The notes: generated by a model not told the origin, from the letters alone. Shown: positions 34,963 through 43,697, counted from the first letter of the stretch. The stretch is DNA of 56,431 nt from an uncultured Candidatus Saccharibacteria bacterium (GCA_964449385.1 CAYUYO010000004.1:1-56431), one strand, 5' to 3'. Program-made: numbers and translations.

Positions 34963-37485
34963 TTACCTAATATTTAGTTTAAATTTCTCTGGATCAATTT
35001 CTATTTTATCTCCTTTTTTCAGTTTGCCTGATAAAAGAGCTGAAGCTAAAACGTTTTCTATTTTGTTCTGAATTACTCTTTTCATCTCTCTGGCTCCAAA
35101 GATTGGAGAATAACTTAATTCAACAATCTTTTCTTTAAGTGGCAAGGTAATAATAAATTCAACATTTTTTTCTTTAAGGTTTTTCTTTAATTTTTGAAGT
35201 AGAAGTTCAGCAATATCAAGAAGGTTTTCTTTAGACAACGGCTTAAAGACAATTACTCCATCAAACCGATTAATAAATTCGGGCCTAAAAATAGCTTTTT
35301 CAAACAAGTAGTCTAAAAGTTTTTCTTTGACCTGAGACCATTCAGTCTTTTCTTTTAATGCTTCTAAAATTATTTTGTAACCAGCATTAGACGTAGCGAT
35401 AATAATTGAATTTTTAAAATTAATTTTTCTGCCCAAACCATCGGTTAAAAATCCTTCGTCTAAGACTTGTAAAAATAAATTTAGAACATTGGGATGAGCT
35501 TTCTCAATTTCATCCAGTAAGATTAAAGAAAAAGGATTTTCTCTGACCTGAGTAGTCAATAATCCTTCTTGTTGAGGTGAACCAATTAACCTTGAAATAT
35601 CTTTTATTGCTTGGAATTCAGACATATCAAGCCGAATCATTTTTTGTTCCGAACCAAAATATATTTCAGCTAAGGCTTTTGATGTTTCAGTTTTTCCAAC
35701 TCCAGTTGGTCCTAAAAACAAGAAGCCACCCATTAGCCCTTTTTTGATTGTTATTCCTGCCCTAGCTCTTCTTAGAGCAGCTGATATTTCATCTACGGCT
35801 TTATCTTGATTAATAATTCTCTGATGAATTAATTTTTCCAAATTGAGCAAAATTTCTTTTTCTTTAGTTTCTATTTCGCCAACCGGGATTTGAGTTTTTT
35901 CTGAAACAATCTTAGCTACATGTTTTGGCAAGACTATCTTATCTTTGATTTGAGAAATATAAACCATTACTTCATCTAAAAGACCAACTGCTTTTTTAGG
36001 AAAAGGTAAAGAAGGAAGATATTTTGCAGCTAAACTAATTATTTCTTTTAAAGCTTGATAGCTGATAAATTTTTTATATTTTTGTTCATAAATTAAAGCT
36101 AATCTTTCTAAAAGCACTAAGGTTTCTCTTTCGGAAATTTCAGAAACTTCCACTTTTTCAAAAAGGTTTAAAATTTCCGGTCTCTTTTCAAGATATTTAT
36201 GAAGACCTTGATAAGTAGTAATAGCTATAATTTGAAAACCAGACAAAGCCAAATAAGAAGAAATAATTCCTGAAATATCAATTACTCCAGGTTGTTTCTC
36301 GCTTTTAATAAAATTATCAAAATCGTTAATAGTTAGAATAACATTATCAGCTGTTAATGTTTCTTGAAAAATTTTGTCTAAAATAGCTTGAATTTCTTCC
36401 TGATTCTCGGCATTAGACAAAAGAAACGAGATATTTAGTGCCTTTATTTTTTTATAATTAAGATTTGGCAGACTTTTGCCCAAAAGAAGTTTTGCTGCTA
36501 GTCCCTGAACAATGCTTTTTTTACCTGCTCCAGGTTCTCCTATCAATAAAACATTATTGTCTTCTTCTTTGGATAGAATTCTTTCTATCGCCCTAATCTC
36601 TTCTTGATGACCAATTATTTCAGGAGAACCTCTCTTTTTTAGCACTTTTGATAAATCTATTGAAAATTTATCCAAAGTAATAGTGTAGCCAAATGCCCAC
36701 TCTTTAGCCAAAGAACCTTTTTTAATCAAATTTTCCCATTTCCAAAATTTTTTTCTTTCTTTAATTTCCTCTTCTAAATTTTCCTCCCACCAAGTTAAAT
36801 TTTCGACATCTTTCGTTGTCAAATTATTTTCAATTAAAATTTTCTTGAACATCGGCTCATATTCAGACAAGGCAGTTATCATATCTCCTTTTTCAATTCT
36901 TTGATGTTTTTTTCTTTGAGCAACTTTCAGAGCATTTAAGATTACTTCTTGCTTAATATCAATTTTGACATCAATAGATTTCTTTAGATATTTTTTTAAT
37001 TCTTTTTTGATTTCTCTTAAACTTAAAACAGCTCGAGAAAATACAAAATTAAAATTAGGATTATTACAAAGAAGATTGTAAAAAAGACGAGTTAGGTCGT
37101 TTTTTGATCTGCAAACAGCTTCGGCAACTTCAAAATTCATAAATCCTGCAAGATTATATTTTTCGGGTTTTGAAAGGGCTTGGACAATCGTTGTTTTTAA
37201 TTCAGGATTTTTAAATTTTGACTTAAAGAAGTTTATTTTTAAACAAAGACTAATAGATAAAGTAAAAAGTATTATCAATAAACCGAGTAATTTTGAATTT
37301 AAACTTTGAGGAAAATTTTCACCTAAAAATCCGTAGAGAAAAGCTAAAAAAATTAAGATAAATAGAATTAAAAATAAGTTCTTTAATAATTCGGCAAGTC
37401 TAAAATAACCTTTCCATCTTACGGCTTGGAAGATTGCTGTTTTTTTAAAATTAAAGAAAAATTCTGAATCCATAATAAATTCCAA
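34963..37485 (-). CDS. membrane-anchored ClpB/ClpC-like double AAA+ ATPase
   Basis: Two N-terminal TM helices. D1 has GEPGAGKKS (degenerate Walker A) and lacks a DE Walker B. D2 has GPTGVGKTE and LILLDEIEKA. Confidence 0.75.
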   Translation of the reverse strand: MEFIMDSEFFFNFKKTAIFQAVRWKGYFRLAELLKNLFLILFILIFLAFLYGFLGENFPQSLNSKLLGLLIILFTLSISLCLKINFFKSKFKNPELKTTIVQALSKPEKYNLAGFMNFEVAEAVCRSKNDLTRLFYNLLCNNPNFNFVFSRAVLSLREIKKELKKYLKKSIDVKIDIKQEVILNALKVAQRKKHQRIEKGDMITALSEYEPMFKKILIENNLTTKDVENLTWWEENLEEEIKERKKFWKWENLIKKGSLAKEWAFGYTITLDKFSIDLSKVLKKRGSPEIIGHQEEIRAIERILSKEEDNNVLLIGEPGAGKKSIVQGLAAKLLLGKSLPNLNYKKIKALNISFLLSNAENQEEIQAILDKIFQETLTADNVILTINDFDNFIKSEKQPGVIDISGIISSYLALSGFQIIAITTYQGLHKYLEKRPEILNLFEKVEVSEISERETLVLLERLALIYEQKYKKFISYQALKEIISLAAKYLPSLPFPKKAVGLLDEVMVYISQIKDKIVLPKHVAKIVSEKTQIPVGEIETKEKEILLNLEKLIHQRIINQDKAVDEISAALRRARAGITIKKGLMGGFLFLGPTGVGKTETSKALAEIYFGSEQKMIRLDMSEFQAIKDISRLIGSPQQEGLLTTQVRENPFSLILLDEIEKAHPNVLNLFLQVLDEGFLTDGLGRKINFKNSIIIATSNAGYKIILEALKEKTEWSQVKEKLLDYLFEKAIFRPEFINRFDGVIVFKPLSKENLLDIAELLLQKLKKNLKEKNVEFIITLPLKEKIVELSYSPIFGAREMKRVIQNKIENVLASALLSGKLKKGDKIEIDPEKFKLNIR

Positions 37486-37849
37486 AAACTAAAAGAACAG
37501 GCAATATAACCTGTCCTATCAGAATAAATATTCCGATAAAAATGATAAAAATTTCTACTGAAAGTCCAATAAAAATTAGAAGAGTTCTCAAAATAACACC
37601 TAAAAGACGAAAGATTAAATTAGAAAATAACGCCGTAGAATATTCGCCGATGTCAAAACCTTTTCCATGATATATTTTATATTTTCTCCAGGGAGAAAAA
37701 AAAGTTCTTATAAGCAGAGGAATTGAAAAGTAATTTAGATTGAACAAAAGAAAATTTTTCCAGACTTTTAAAATATTTCTCGGTACTTCAAAAAATTGCC
37801 AAGAAAATCCTTGGATAAAGATGTTTTGTTTTTTCGTAATTTCTTCCAT
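37451..37849 (-). CDS. small polytopic membrane protein
   Basis: 132-aa ORF with 3-4 hydrophobic helices, overlapping the Clp-like gene start. Confidence 0.5.
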   Translation of the reverse strand: MEEITKKQNIFIQGFSWQFFEVPRNILKVWKNFLLFNLNYFSIPLLIRTFFSPWRKYKIYHGKGFDIGEYSTALFSNLIFRLLGVILRTLLIFIGLSVEIFIIFIGIFILIGQVILPVLLVFGIYYGFRIFL

Positions 37850-37960
37850 AAAAGGCTAATATGCCTAAAAAAACATTTTAGTTACTTGCCAAAAAGCAAC
37901 ACTAAAAACAATTATGGTAAATAAGATATCTAAAAGTATAATCATATAATGTTAATTTGT

Positions 37961-38290
37961 TTATTTTTTTACTAATTTTACTCCTATATTGGATATTTGA
38001 GCTCCTCCAAAAATTAAGATTCCGGCTAAAACTGCCCAAACGGTTAAATTAAACAACTTAGGAATAGTATCAGCTGGAATTAACCCTTTTAGTTGTTCTC
38101 CAATCATTTCTTGCATTTGGGACTCTATACTATTAGAAGTTTCTTTTTTTTGAGAAGAAGCTTCTTCTGTCTGAAAAATTTCCGGTATAGCTGCCTGGCC
38201 GGTAAACATATTATAGGAAGAGTATAAAGTCCAAGCTATTATTAAAATACCAGCTATTAATAATGCCCACCCAAAGATTTTTGTACCCAT
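37961..38290 (-). CDS. two-TM membrane protein
   Basis: 109-aa ORF with N- and C-terminal TM helices. Confidence 0.5.
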   Translation of the reverse strand: MGTKIFGWALLIAGILIIAWTLYSSYNMFTGQAAIPEIFQTEEASSQKKETSNSIESQMQEMIGEQLKGLIPADTIPKLFNLTVWAVLAGILIFGGAQISNIGVKLVKK

Positions 38291-38304
38291 ATATTTTTAC
38301 TTTA

Positions 38305-38643
38305 TCAGAATTTAGTTAGTTTTTCCAGTTCTTCTAAAACGTCATCGGGAATAGGCGGTGGTTCTCCCAAAGGACTTCTTCCTGGATATCGCCAAGCACT
38401 GATGATTCTAATTTGTTTTGGTTTTTTTATTAATTGGTACATCATCCAAACTTCAGTCGGATGTTTTTTTGTTCCGGTAATCTGCATTACTGCAATTGTT
38501 TCTGGAGCTACTCCGGTTTCTTTTCTATCGGGTTTTCGCAAAATTCGCAAAACTCGCTTTTCCGAAAGTTGATACTGCTGCATTTTTCCTTTAGAATGCT
38601 TTGTCCAGGAAATTTTTCTATCTTCCGGCAACTTCAAAAACAT
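38305..38643 (-). CDS. hypothetical protein
   Basis: 112-aa ORF packed between same-strand genes. No confident family assignment. Confidence 0.45.
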   Translation of the reverse strand: MFLKLPEDRKISWTKHSKGKMQQYQLSEKRVLRILRKPDRKETGVAPETIAVMQITGTKKHPTEVWMMYQLIKKPKQIRIISAWRYPGRSPLGEPPPIPDDVLEELEKLTKF

Positions 38644-38645
38644 AT

Positions 38646-39404
38646 TTATTTAATTTCGTAAGTAATAGTAACGGTTACTTCTATTTTATTTTCGCCAGTT
38701 TCTATTTGAGGTTGAGGTGTTGCTTCTTCGCCAGCATCAAAACTTATTGTTTTTTCTAAACCGTAATAACCAGGAAAAGTTCCGCTTTCTTGAAAATTAC
38801 TAATTCTTATTAAGCTTATTCCCAATTGAGAAGCTAATTCTTTAGCTTTATTTTTAGCTTTTTCAATTGCTTGCGCCCTAGCTTGATCTTTAAGTTCGTC
38901 CTCTTTATCAATAGTGAATTGTAAGTTTCCTACTTGGTTGGCTCCTGATTGAGTTGCTTTTTCAATAATATCGCCTATTTTTTCCATATCTCTGATTTTT
39001 ACCTGAAGAGATTGTTGAATTTCATAACCTACTAGTACTCTTTCTCCTTGAGGAGAAGGAGGAATTTGAACATCTTTTTGCCATTCATAGCGAGGATAGA
39101 TATTAAAGCTAGTGGTTTTTAAATCTTTTTCTTCCACTCCTTGATTCTTGATAGAATCAATTATCATATTCATTTTTGTTATATTTTGGCTCATTGCCTC
39201 GTCAACAGTTTCAGCTTCCGTTATCACTGAAAAAGTAGTTAAAGCCAAATCGGGTTTAGCATAAACTTCACCGGTGGCAGAAACAGTAATGGTATTTTCA
39301 CTTTTTTCAATTTTATCTTGAATATTAATTCCTACCCAAATAATAAGAGAAACCAAAAAGACTGTAGTTGTAATTGCAAGGATATTAATTATATTTTTTT
39401 TCAT
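38646..39404 (-). CDS. SIMPL-domain (DUF541) periplasmic protein
   Basis: Signal anchor, GYEIQQSLQVKIRD, and a QARAQAIEKAKNKAKELASQLG pattern. Confidence 0.7.
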   Translation of the reverse strand: MKKNIINILAITTTVFLVSLIIWVGINIQDKIEKSENTITVSATGEVYAKPDLALTTFSVITEAETVDEAMSQNITKMNMIIDSIKNQGVEEKDLKTTSFNIYPRYEWQKDVQIPPSPQGERVLVGYEIQQSLQVKIRDMEKIGDIIEKATQSGANQVGNLQFTIDKEDELKDQARAQAIEKAKNKAKELASQLGISLIRISNFQESGTFPGYYGLEKTISFDAGEEATPQPQIETGENKIEVTVTITYEIK

Positions 39405-39433
39405 TTTTATAAATTTAATCTTAAAAATTATTA

Positions 39434-40096
39434 TTATTCGACCTTATTATTAAGTTTATTAATTTTACGAAAGATAAAATAAGAATAAATTATTGGAGTA
39501 AGAGCTGTTAATAAAATAACTGCGATAAAAATTGATAAGAAGTACTGAGGAAATAACAAGCTGAATATGGCAAGTATTCCGCCAACAATAAAACATTTTC
39601 CGCCAAATTGATGGGTTTTATCCCAAACCTCTTCTGAGTGAATAGTCCAAGGAGTTTTAATGCCAACGAAATAGTTTTTTTTGACTTTTGGAAGAAATAT
39701 TCCGATTAAAGTAAATAAAACTGAAAAAGCTGGGATAATGAAAAAGTTTATGTTTAACTTTGTTTCTAAAGCAGCCCAAAGAGTATAAAAATAAAGCAAA
39801 ACAAAGAAGAGAATAAAAAGAGTCCGGAACCAAAAATAAGGAATAGCAAATTTAGAATAATTCTTTTTTAAAGGATCAATCAAAGGAATAAGAGTAATTA
39901 AAAGATAGATTCCTAAGGTTATGCTGGGAAGAAAGAAAACACCGAAATTTCTGCTTGACCAGGCATCAATTTCTCCCTGAGCATTCCAATGAGAAGGAAT
40001 AGTTTCCGGTAAACTAGAATATGAAAGAAGTCCTACTACAAAAGCAAGAATAATTAAAACAATCGGTAGAATTTCTTTTTTAGTAATAATTTTCAT
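39434..40096 (-). CDS. SdpI/YhfL-family membrane protein (DUF1648)
   Basis: IPSHWNAQGEIDAWSSR and NYFVGIKTPWTIHSEEVWDKTHQFGGK. Confidence 0.7.
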   Translation of the reverse strand: MKIITKKEILPIVLIILAFVVGLLSYSSLPETIPSHWNAQGEIDAWSSRNFGVFFLPSITLGIYLLITLIPLIDPLKKNYSKFAIPYFWFRTLFILFFVLLYFYTLWAALETKLNINFFIIPAFSVLFTLIGIFLPKVKKNYFVGIKTPWTIHSEEVWDKTHQFGGKCFIVGGILAIFSLLFPQYFLSIFIAVILLTALTPIIYSYFIFRKINKLNNKVE

Positions 40097-40102
40097 AAAT
40101 TA

Positions 40103-40657
40103 TTAAAGGCCCAAGTCTTTAGCAATTTTTTGCATAGCTTCTATGCCTATTTTAACAAAATCTTCTAATTTTAGATTAAGAAGCTCTTCAGATTTTTTAA
40201 TAATTTCTCTATTAGCCCCTTTGGCAAAACTTTTTTCTTTAAAACGATTCAAAACATTTTTCAAAGTTAAATCAGCTATTTTTTTTGAAGGTAAAACTAA
40301 TGTAGCTGCTACAATTAATCCGGTTAAAGGATCAGTTACAAAAAGAGCTTTCTCTAAAAGAGTTTGGGGAAGAATATTGTGAGCTTCATTATGAACTTTT
40401 ACTGCCTGACAAATATCTTTATCTATACCCAAATCCTCAAGCATTTTTGCTCCTACTAAAGAATGTTGGGATAAATCATCTTTTACTTTTTCATAGTCTA
40501 TATCATGTAATAGTCCAGTTAAACCCCATTTTTCCTCATCCTCTTTAAAATTGCGAGCTAAAGTTCGCATTATTGCTTCCACAGCTAAACAATGCTTTAT
40601 CAAGTTTTGATTCTGAATATTTTGTTTTAATGTTTCAAATGCTTCGCCTCTAGTCAT
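40103..40657 (-). CDS. HD-domain phosphohydrolase
   Basis: H...HD signature (IKHCLAVEAIM, GLLHDIDYE). Confidence 0.7.
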   Translation of the reverse strand: MTRGEAFETLKQNIQNQNLIKHCLAVEAIMRTLARNFKEDEEKWGLTGLLHDIDYEKVKDDLSQHSLVGAKMLEDLGIDKDICQAVKVHNEAHNILPQTLLEKALFVTDPLTGLIVAATLVLPSKKIADLTLKNVLNRFKEKSFAKGANREIIKKSEELLNLKLEDFVKIGIEAMQKIAKDLGL

Positions 40658-40659
40658 TT

Positions 40660-41007
40660 TTATTTTATTTTAGTTAAAATCTTTTTCCAATCCTTGTAAT
40701 TAAAAATACCTTGGATAACTAAACCTCCTAAAACTCCATAAAAAAATTGTGAATAGAATAAATCAAAAATTAAAATAGATATAAGAGCTCCTAAACCAAA
40801 TAACCAATGATGTAGATGGAGTTTGTAGCTGCCCATCTGAAAAGCAAGAGATTTTATTTTTCCTTGCTGCCCAGTTTGCTTTCCGGATAAAAGTTTAGCT
40901 GTAAAATACCCAAGAATTATTCCTAAACCCAATTGTAAAGACAGCCAGATTGAAATTCCAGTTAAAGATACTTTAGAAACATTAAGGCCAATCTTTTTTA
41001 TATTCAT
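40660..41007 (-). CDS. small membrane protein
   Basis: 115-aa ORF with 3 hydrophobic helices. Confidence 0.5.
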   Translation of the reverse strand: MNIKKIGLNVSKVSLTGISIWLSLQLGLGIILGYFTAKLLSGKQTGQQGKIKSLAFQMGSYKLHLHHWLFGLGALISILIFDLFYSQFFYGVLGGLVIQGIFNYKDWKKILTKIK

Positions 41008-41067
41008 ATATTTATTATATCATTTTTTTTTACGAAACAAAAAGGCATGATCCAGGGGGAAAATATT

Positions 41068-41316
41068 CTAGACCACGCCTTTCCCTATTTTCATAGGTTT
41101 TTCAGCTGCCTCGTGGGCAGCCCTAGCTGCTTGGCGACCGAACTTCTTCACAAGCTCTATCCGCTGGTTTAATGGGAAGTCGAGGACTGACTCATATCCT
41201 TCAACTTTGAATGATACAAGCTTCCAGGAACCATCGTCAGCTTCATAGTATGCCTTATAAAAGAATCTAAAGGGTCCTCTTACAAAGCTCATTGACCTTG
41301 CCCAAACTTTTTTCAA
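41068..41316 (-). CDS. small GC-rich hypothetical protein, TTG start with a strong SD
   Basis: GGGAGGTG lies 4 nt upstream of the TTG. It has its own consensus promoter and a structured leader of about 75 nt. Confidence 0.55.
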   Translation of the reverse strand: MKKVWARSMSFVRGPFRFFYKAYYEADDGSWKLVSFKVEGYESVLDFPLNQRIELVKKFGRQAARAAHEAAEKPMKIGKGVV

Positions 41317-41391
41317 TCTACACCTCCCTTTTTTCTGTTTTTAAGTCAGAAAGTTTTGCTTTCCTTAGAAAGCTTCGCTTTCCACTGTTAA

Positions 41392-41420
41392 ATTGTAACG
41401 TATAAAATAATATATGTCAA
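41392..41420 (-). promoter_or_regulatory. near-consensus sigma70 promoter for the 41316..41068 ORF
   Basis: The minus strand reads TTGACA (41420-41415), a 17-nt spacer, then TACAAT (41397-41392). Confidence 0.6.
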
Positions 41421-41430
41421 GTTTTATTTT

Positions 41431-42273
41431 CTATTTTAATAGAATTTTTGCTTCTTTTATTAATAGATTGAAACGACTTGGAGATACTTTAACCTTTTTA
41501 GCAAGCTTTATAGGATTAATTTTTAAAATATCTTTAGCTAATATAATCTTTTCTGAAGTTAAGATATCAGCTAAATCTTTTTTTAATGAAGGAAGAATAG
41601 TAATTGGATATAAGTTTTGATTTTCAATAAAATACTCTAACCCTTTAGGTTTAGGATATCTCCATCCCAAAAGACAGGTATTTACGCATTTAGAATATCT
41701 AATAGCCGATGTAGTAAACTTGGTATTGGTAACTAAAATAGTTTTTAATTCAAAGTTTTTGAACGTTTTTTGCCTTAAAAAATATCCCTTTTTAAGATCT
41801 AAGAATCGAGCATAATTAGACAGAGCTATATCAGAATGAACCCTTCCTTCTGATAAGTTTCGATATTTACATTCTCCAATATAGAGTAAATTTCCTTTCT
41901 GGGCTAAGAAATCAATTTCATAACGTAAACAAAGACCCTGAATATGCTGATTTAATTTAACTTGAAAACCTTGCCGAGAAAAAATCTCTACGATATATTT
42001 CTCAAAAGGAAACCCGGTAGGTCCCAATTTTCTCATTGCTTCTTTGAGAGAAAATTTTATAGCCAAATTCGGCGCTTCCCAACGAAGTATTTGCTTTATT
42101 TTTTTAAATATTTCTAAGGTTTTAATACCCGGATAAATTTCTTTTTGAATAGTTTTAGCAATTTCTTCAGCCAAGCTTTTTGAGGCGCCAATTCTCTTTG
42201 CGCTTTGATATACTTTCCTCAAAGAAAAAAGCTCTTTCTCCCCTCTTGAATTAATTACATAAGAAGAATTCAT
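41431..42273 (-). CDS. ATP-cone domain fused to an Mrr-like PD-(D/E)xK restriction endonuclease domain
   Basis: The N-terminal 90 aa or so are ATP-cone-like (VINSRGEKELFSLRKVYQSAKRIGAS...). The rest is Mrr_cat-like (FEKYIVEIFSRQGF...YEIDFLAQKGNLLYIGECKY). Confidence 0.6.
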   Translation of the reverse strand: MNSSYVINSRGEKELFSLRKVYQSAKRIGASKSLAEEIAKTIQKEIYPGIKTLEIFKKIKQILRWEAPNLAIKFSLKEAMRKLGPTGFPFEKYIVEIFSRQGFQVKLNQHIQGLCLRYEIDFLAQKGNLLYIGECKYRNLSEGRVHSDIALSNYARFLDLKKGYFLRQKTFKNFELKTILVTNTKFTTSAIRYSKCVNTCLLGWRYPKPKGLEYFIENQNLYPITILPSLKKDLADILTSEKIILAKDILKINPIKLAKKVKVSPSRFNLLIKEAKILLK

Positions 42274-43121
42274 ATTCCTATTTCTATTTGAGAAACATCA
42301 TCTAATATAATTTCCGGCTTACCTTGATAATCTTTAATTTTTCCTTTTACTCTGACAGTTTTTCCCGAATAATAGTTTTGCGGATTTTCAACAAATTTAG
42401 ATTGGTTAGAACTAAAAATTACTGCCGTAAAACATTGATTGGGATAAGCTTCTTCAAAATTCAAAAAAGTAGTATCAGTTGCTGATTTATAAACATCAAT
42501 AACCTTTCCTTCAACAATCATTTCTTTACCAATATAATTCCCTGCATCACAAGCTAAAACTACTTCTAAACCGGTTTTTTCGGGAACAAGTTCTTTAAAA
42601 TTCTCTTCTTCTCCCCATTTACAGCCGATTTTGTTTTCAATGGCTTCTTTTTCAGCTTCATTTATAACTTCCTTATATTTTATATCCGGTTCATAAAATC
42701 GAGCGATAGCTAAACCTTCTTTTACTAATTGAAGATTGATATTTTTATTGTCAAAAAAAACATATCTCAGAGATCTGCCATATTGGTCAACATCTGTTTG
42801 ATCCTTTTCCAATTCAACTTTTTTATTTAAAACCAATTCTTCAAGGCGTAATTTAGCTGCTGTATAGCAAGGATAACCACTTTCATCCGTATCAATGCCT
42901 AAAAGCCTTAAATGATAGCCACCTTCAACTACTATTGTATCCCCATCAATAACTTTAGTCACTATTACTTCAGATGAAGCTAAATATTGGCCATTTGTAA
43001 TTTCTGCTTCTCCTTTTTCTGAAATTTGTTTTTTAGACGAAACATAAATAGCAGCTCCAATAATTAAAGCTCCAATAATAATCGCCAGGAATATTTTATT
43101 TTTCTCTAAAAACTGTTTCAT
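42270..43121 (-). CDS. membrane-anchored thermonuclease (SNase-like) with a C-terminal OB-like domain
   Basis: TM anchor IFLAIIIGALIIGAAIYV plus SNase motifs VIDGDTIVV, LRLLGIDTDE and GRSLRYVF. The start is moved to ATG 43121 because the longer ORF reads through tRNA-Val. Confidence 0.7.
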   Translation of the reverse strand: MKQFLEKNKIFLAIIIGALIIGAAIYVSSKKQISEKGEAEITNGQYLASSEVIVTKVIDGDTIVVEGGYHLRLLGIDTDESGYPCYTAAKLRLEELVLNKKVELEKDQTDVDQYGRSLRYVFFDNKNINLQLVKEGLAIARFYEPDIKYKEVINEAEKEAIENKIGCKWGEEENFKELVPEKTGLEVVLACDAGNYIGKEMIVEGKVIDVYKSATDTTFLNFEEAYPNQCFTAVIFSSNQSKFVENPQNYYSGKTVRVKGKIKDYQGKPEIILDDVSQIEIGI

Positions 43122-43123
43122 AG

Positions 43124-43196
43124 TGGGCACTATAGGATTCGAACCTATGACCTCTTCGATGTGAACGAAGCACGCTAACCCCTGCGCCAAGTGCCC
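43124..43196 (-). tRNA. tRNA-Val (anticodon CAC)
   Basis: Manual cloverleaf: acceptor GGGCACT/AGTGCCC, D stem GCGC/GCGT, anticodon stem CTTCG/CGAAG with loop TTCACAT, T arm ATAGG-TTCGAAT-CCTAT. Confidence 0.9.
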
Positions 43197-43232
43197 TGTT
43201 ATTATTATTTTGACATTTTCTATACCTTTTAT

Positions 43233-43274
43233 CAAAAAAAAGAGCGGCTAAGAGCGTTCAAAACACTCTTAGCC
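43233..43274 (-). terminator. intrinsic terminator of the two-gene small-ORF operon
   Basis: On the minus strand, GGCTAAGAG pairs with CTCTTAGCC (9 bp) and a U-run follows. Confidence 0.65.
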
Positions 43275-43281
43275 ACTTGCC

Positions 43282-43455
43282 TTAAGTGAAATAAGGCTTG
43301 GTAGGAGGCTCGATAGGTGGTGTCGGTTTGGAAGGTCTAGGCTCTTCTATGATAAGTGTAGCTCCACACTTGTCACAGATCTGTTGACCCTGACACAGGG
43401 CCCAGCCGTAGTAGACCTTTCCACATTTGGGATTAGGACATGTCCCTTTCAACAT
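43282..43455 (-). CDS. small GC-rich zinc-ribbon protein (57 aa, not in the ORF track)
   Basis: MLKGTCPNPKCGKVYYGWALCQGQQICDKCGATLIIEEPRPSKPTPPIEPPTKPYFT, with GGAGGAG 5 nt upstream of the ATG. Confidence 0.6.
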   Translation of the reverse strand: MLKGTCPNPKCGKVYYGWALCQGQQICDKCGATLIIEEPRPSKPTPPIEPPTKPYFT

Positions 43456-43482
43456 CTTTCTCCTCCTTCACTCAGACAGACG

Positions 43483-43638
43483 TTAGGCGATTGTCAGTTT
43501 CTCAATCAAGGATTTCAACTCCTCCAGATTCAGTAATCCGTAGTGATTCCCATTAGACCCTTGGACCCTATTCAACTCTTCTGTCATAATGTGAATCATC
43601 ACCCACTTTTCTTTCTCCGTAGCCAATATTATTGGCAT
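43483..43638 (-). CDS. small GC-rich hypothetical protein (51 aa, not in the ORF track)
   Basis: MPIILATEKEKWVMIHIMTEELNRVQGSNGNHYGLLNLEELKSLIEKLTIA, with AAGGAG 7 nt upstream of the ATG. Confidence 0.5.
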   Translation of the reverse strand: MPIILATEKEKWVMIHIMTEELNRVQGSNGNHYGLLNLEELKSLIEKLTIA

Positions 43639-43669
43639 TTCACTCTCCTTATCCGAATGTACTGTTTTT

Positions 43670-43697
43670 ATAATACTACAAATTAAATAAAAGTCAA
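43670..43697 (-). promoter_or_regulatory. promoter of the 43638..43282 small-ORF operon
   Basis: The minus strand reads TTGACT, a 16-nt spacer, then TATTAT. Confidence 0.5.

Noticed and set aside
43122-43235. N-terminal 38 codons of track ORF 42270..43235
   Set aside because: They are the antisense reading of tRNA-Val (43124-43196). An in-frame ATG at 43121 is followed by a TM anchor and gives a normal SNase, so the extension is spurious.
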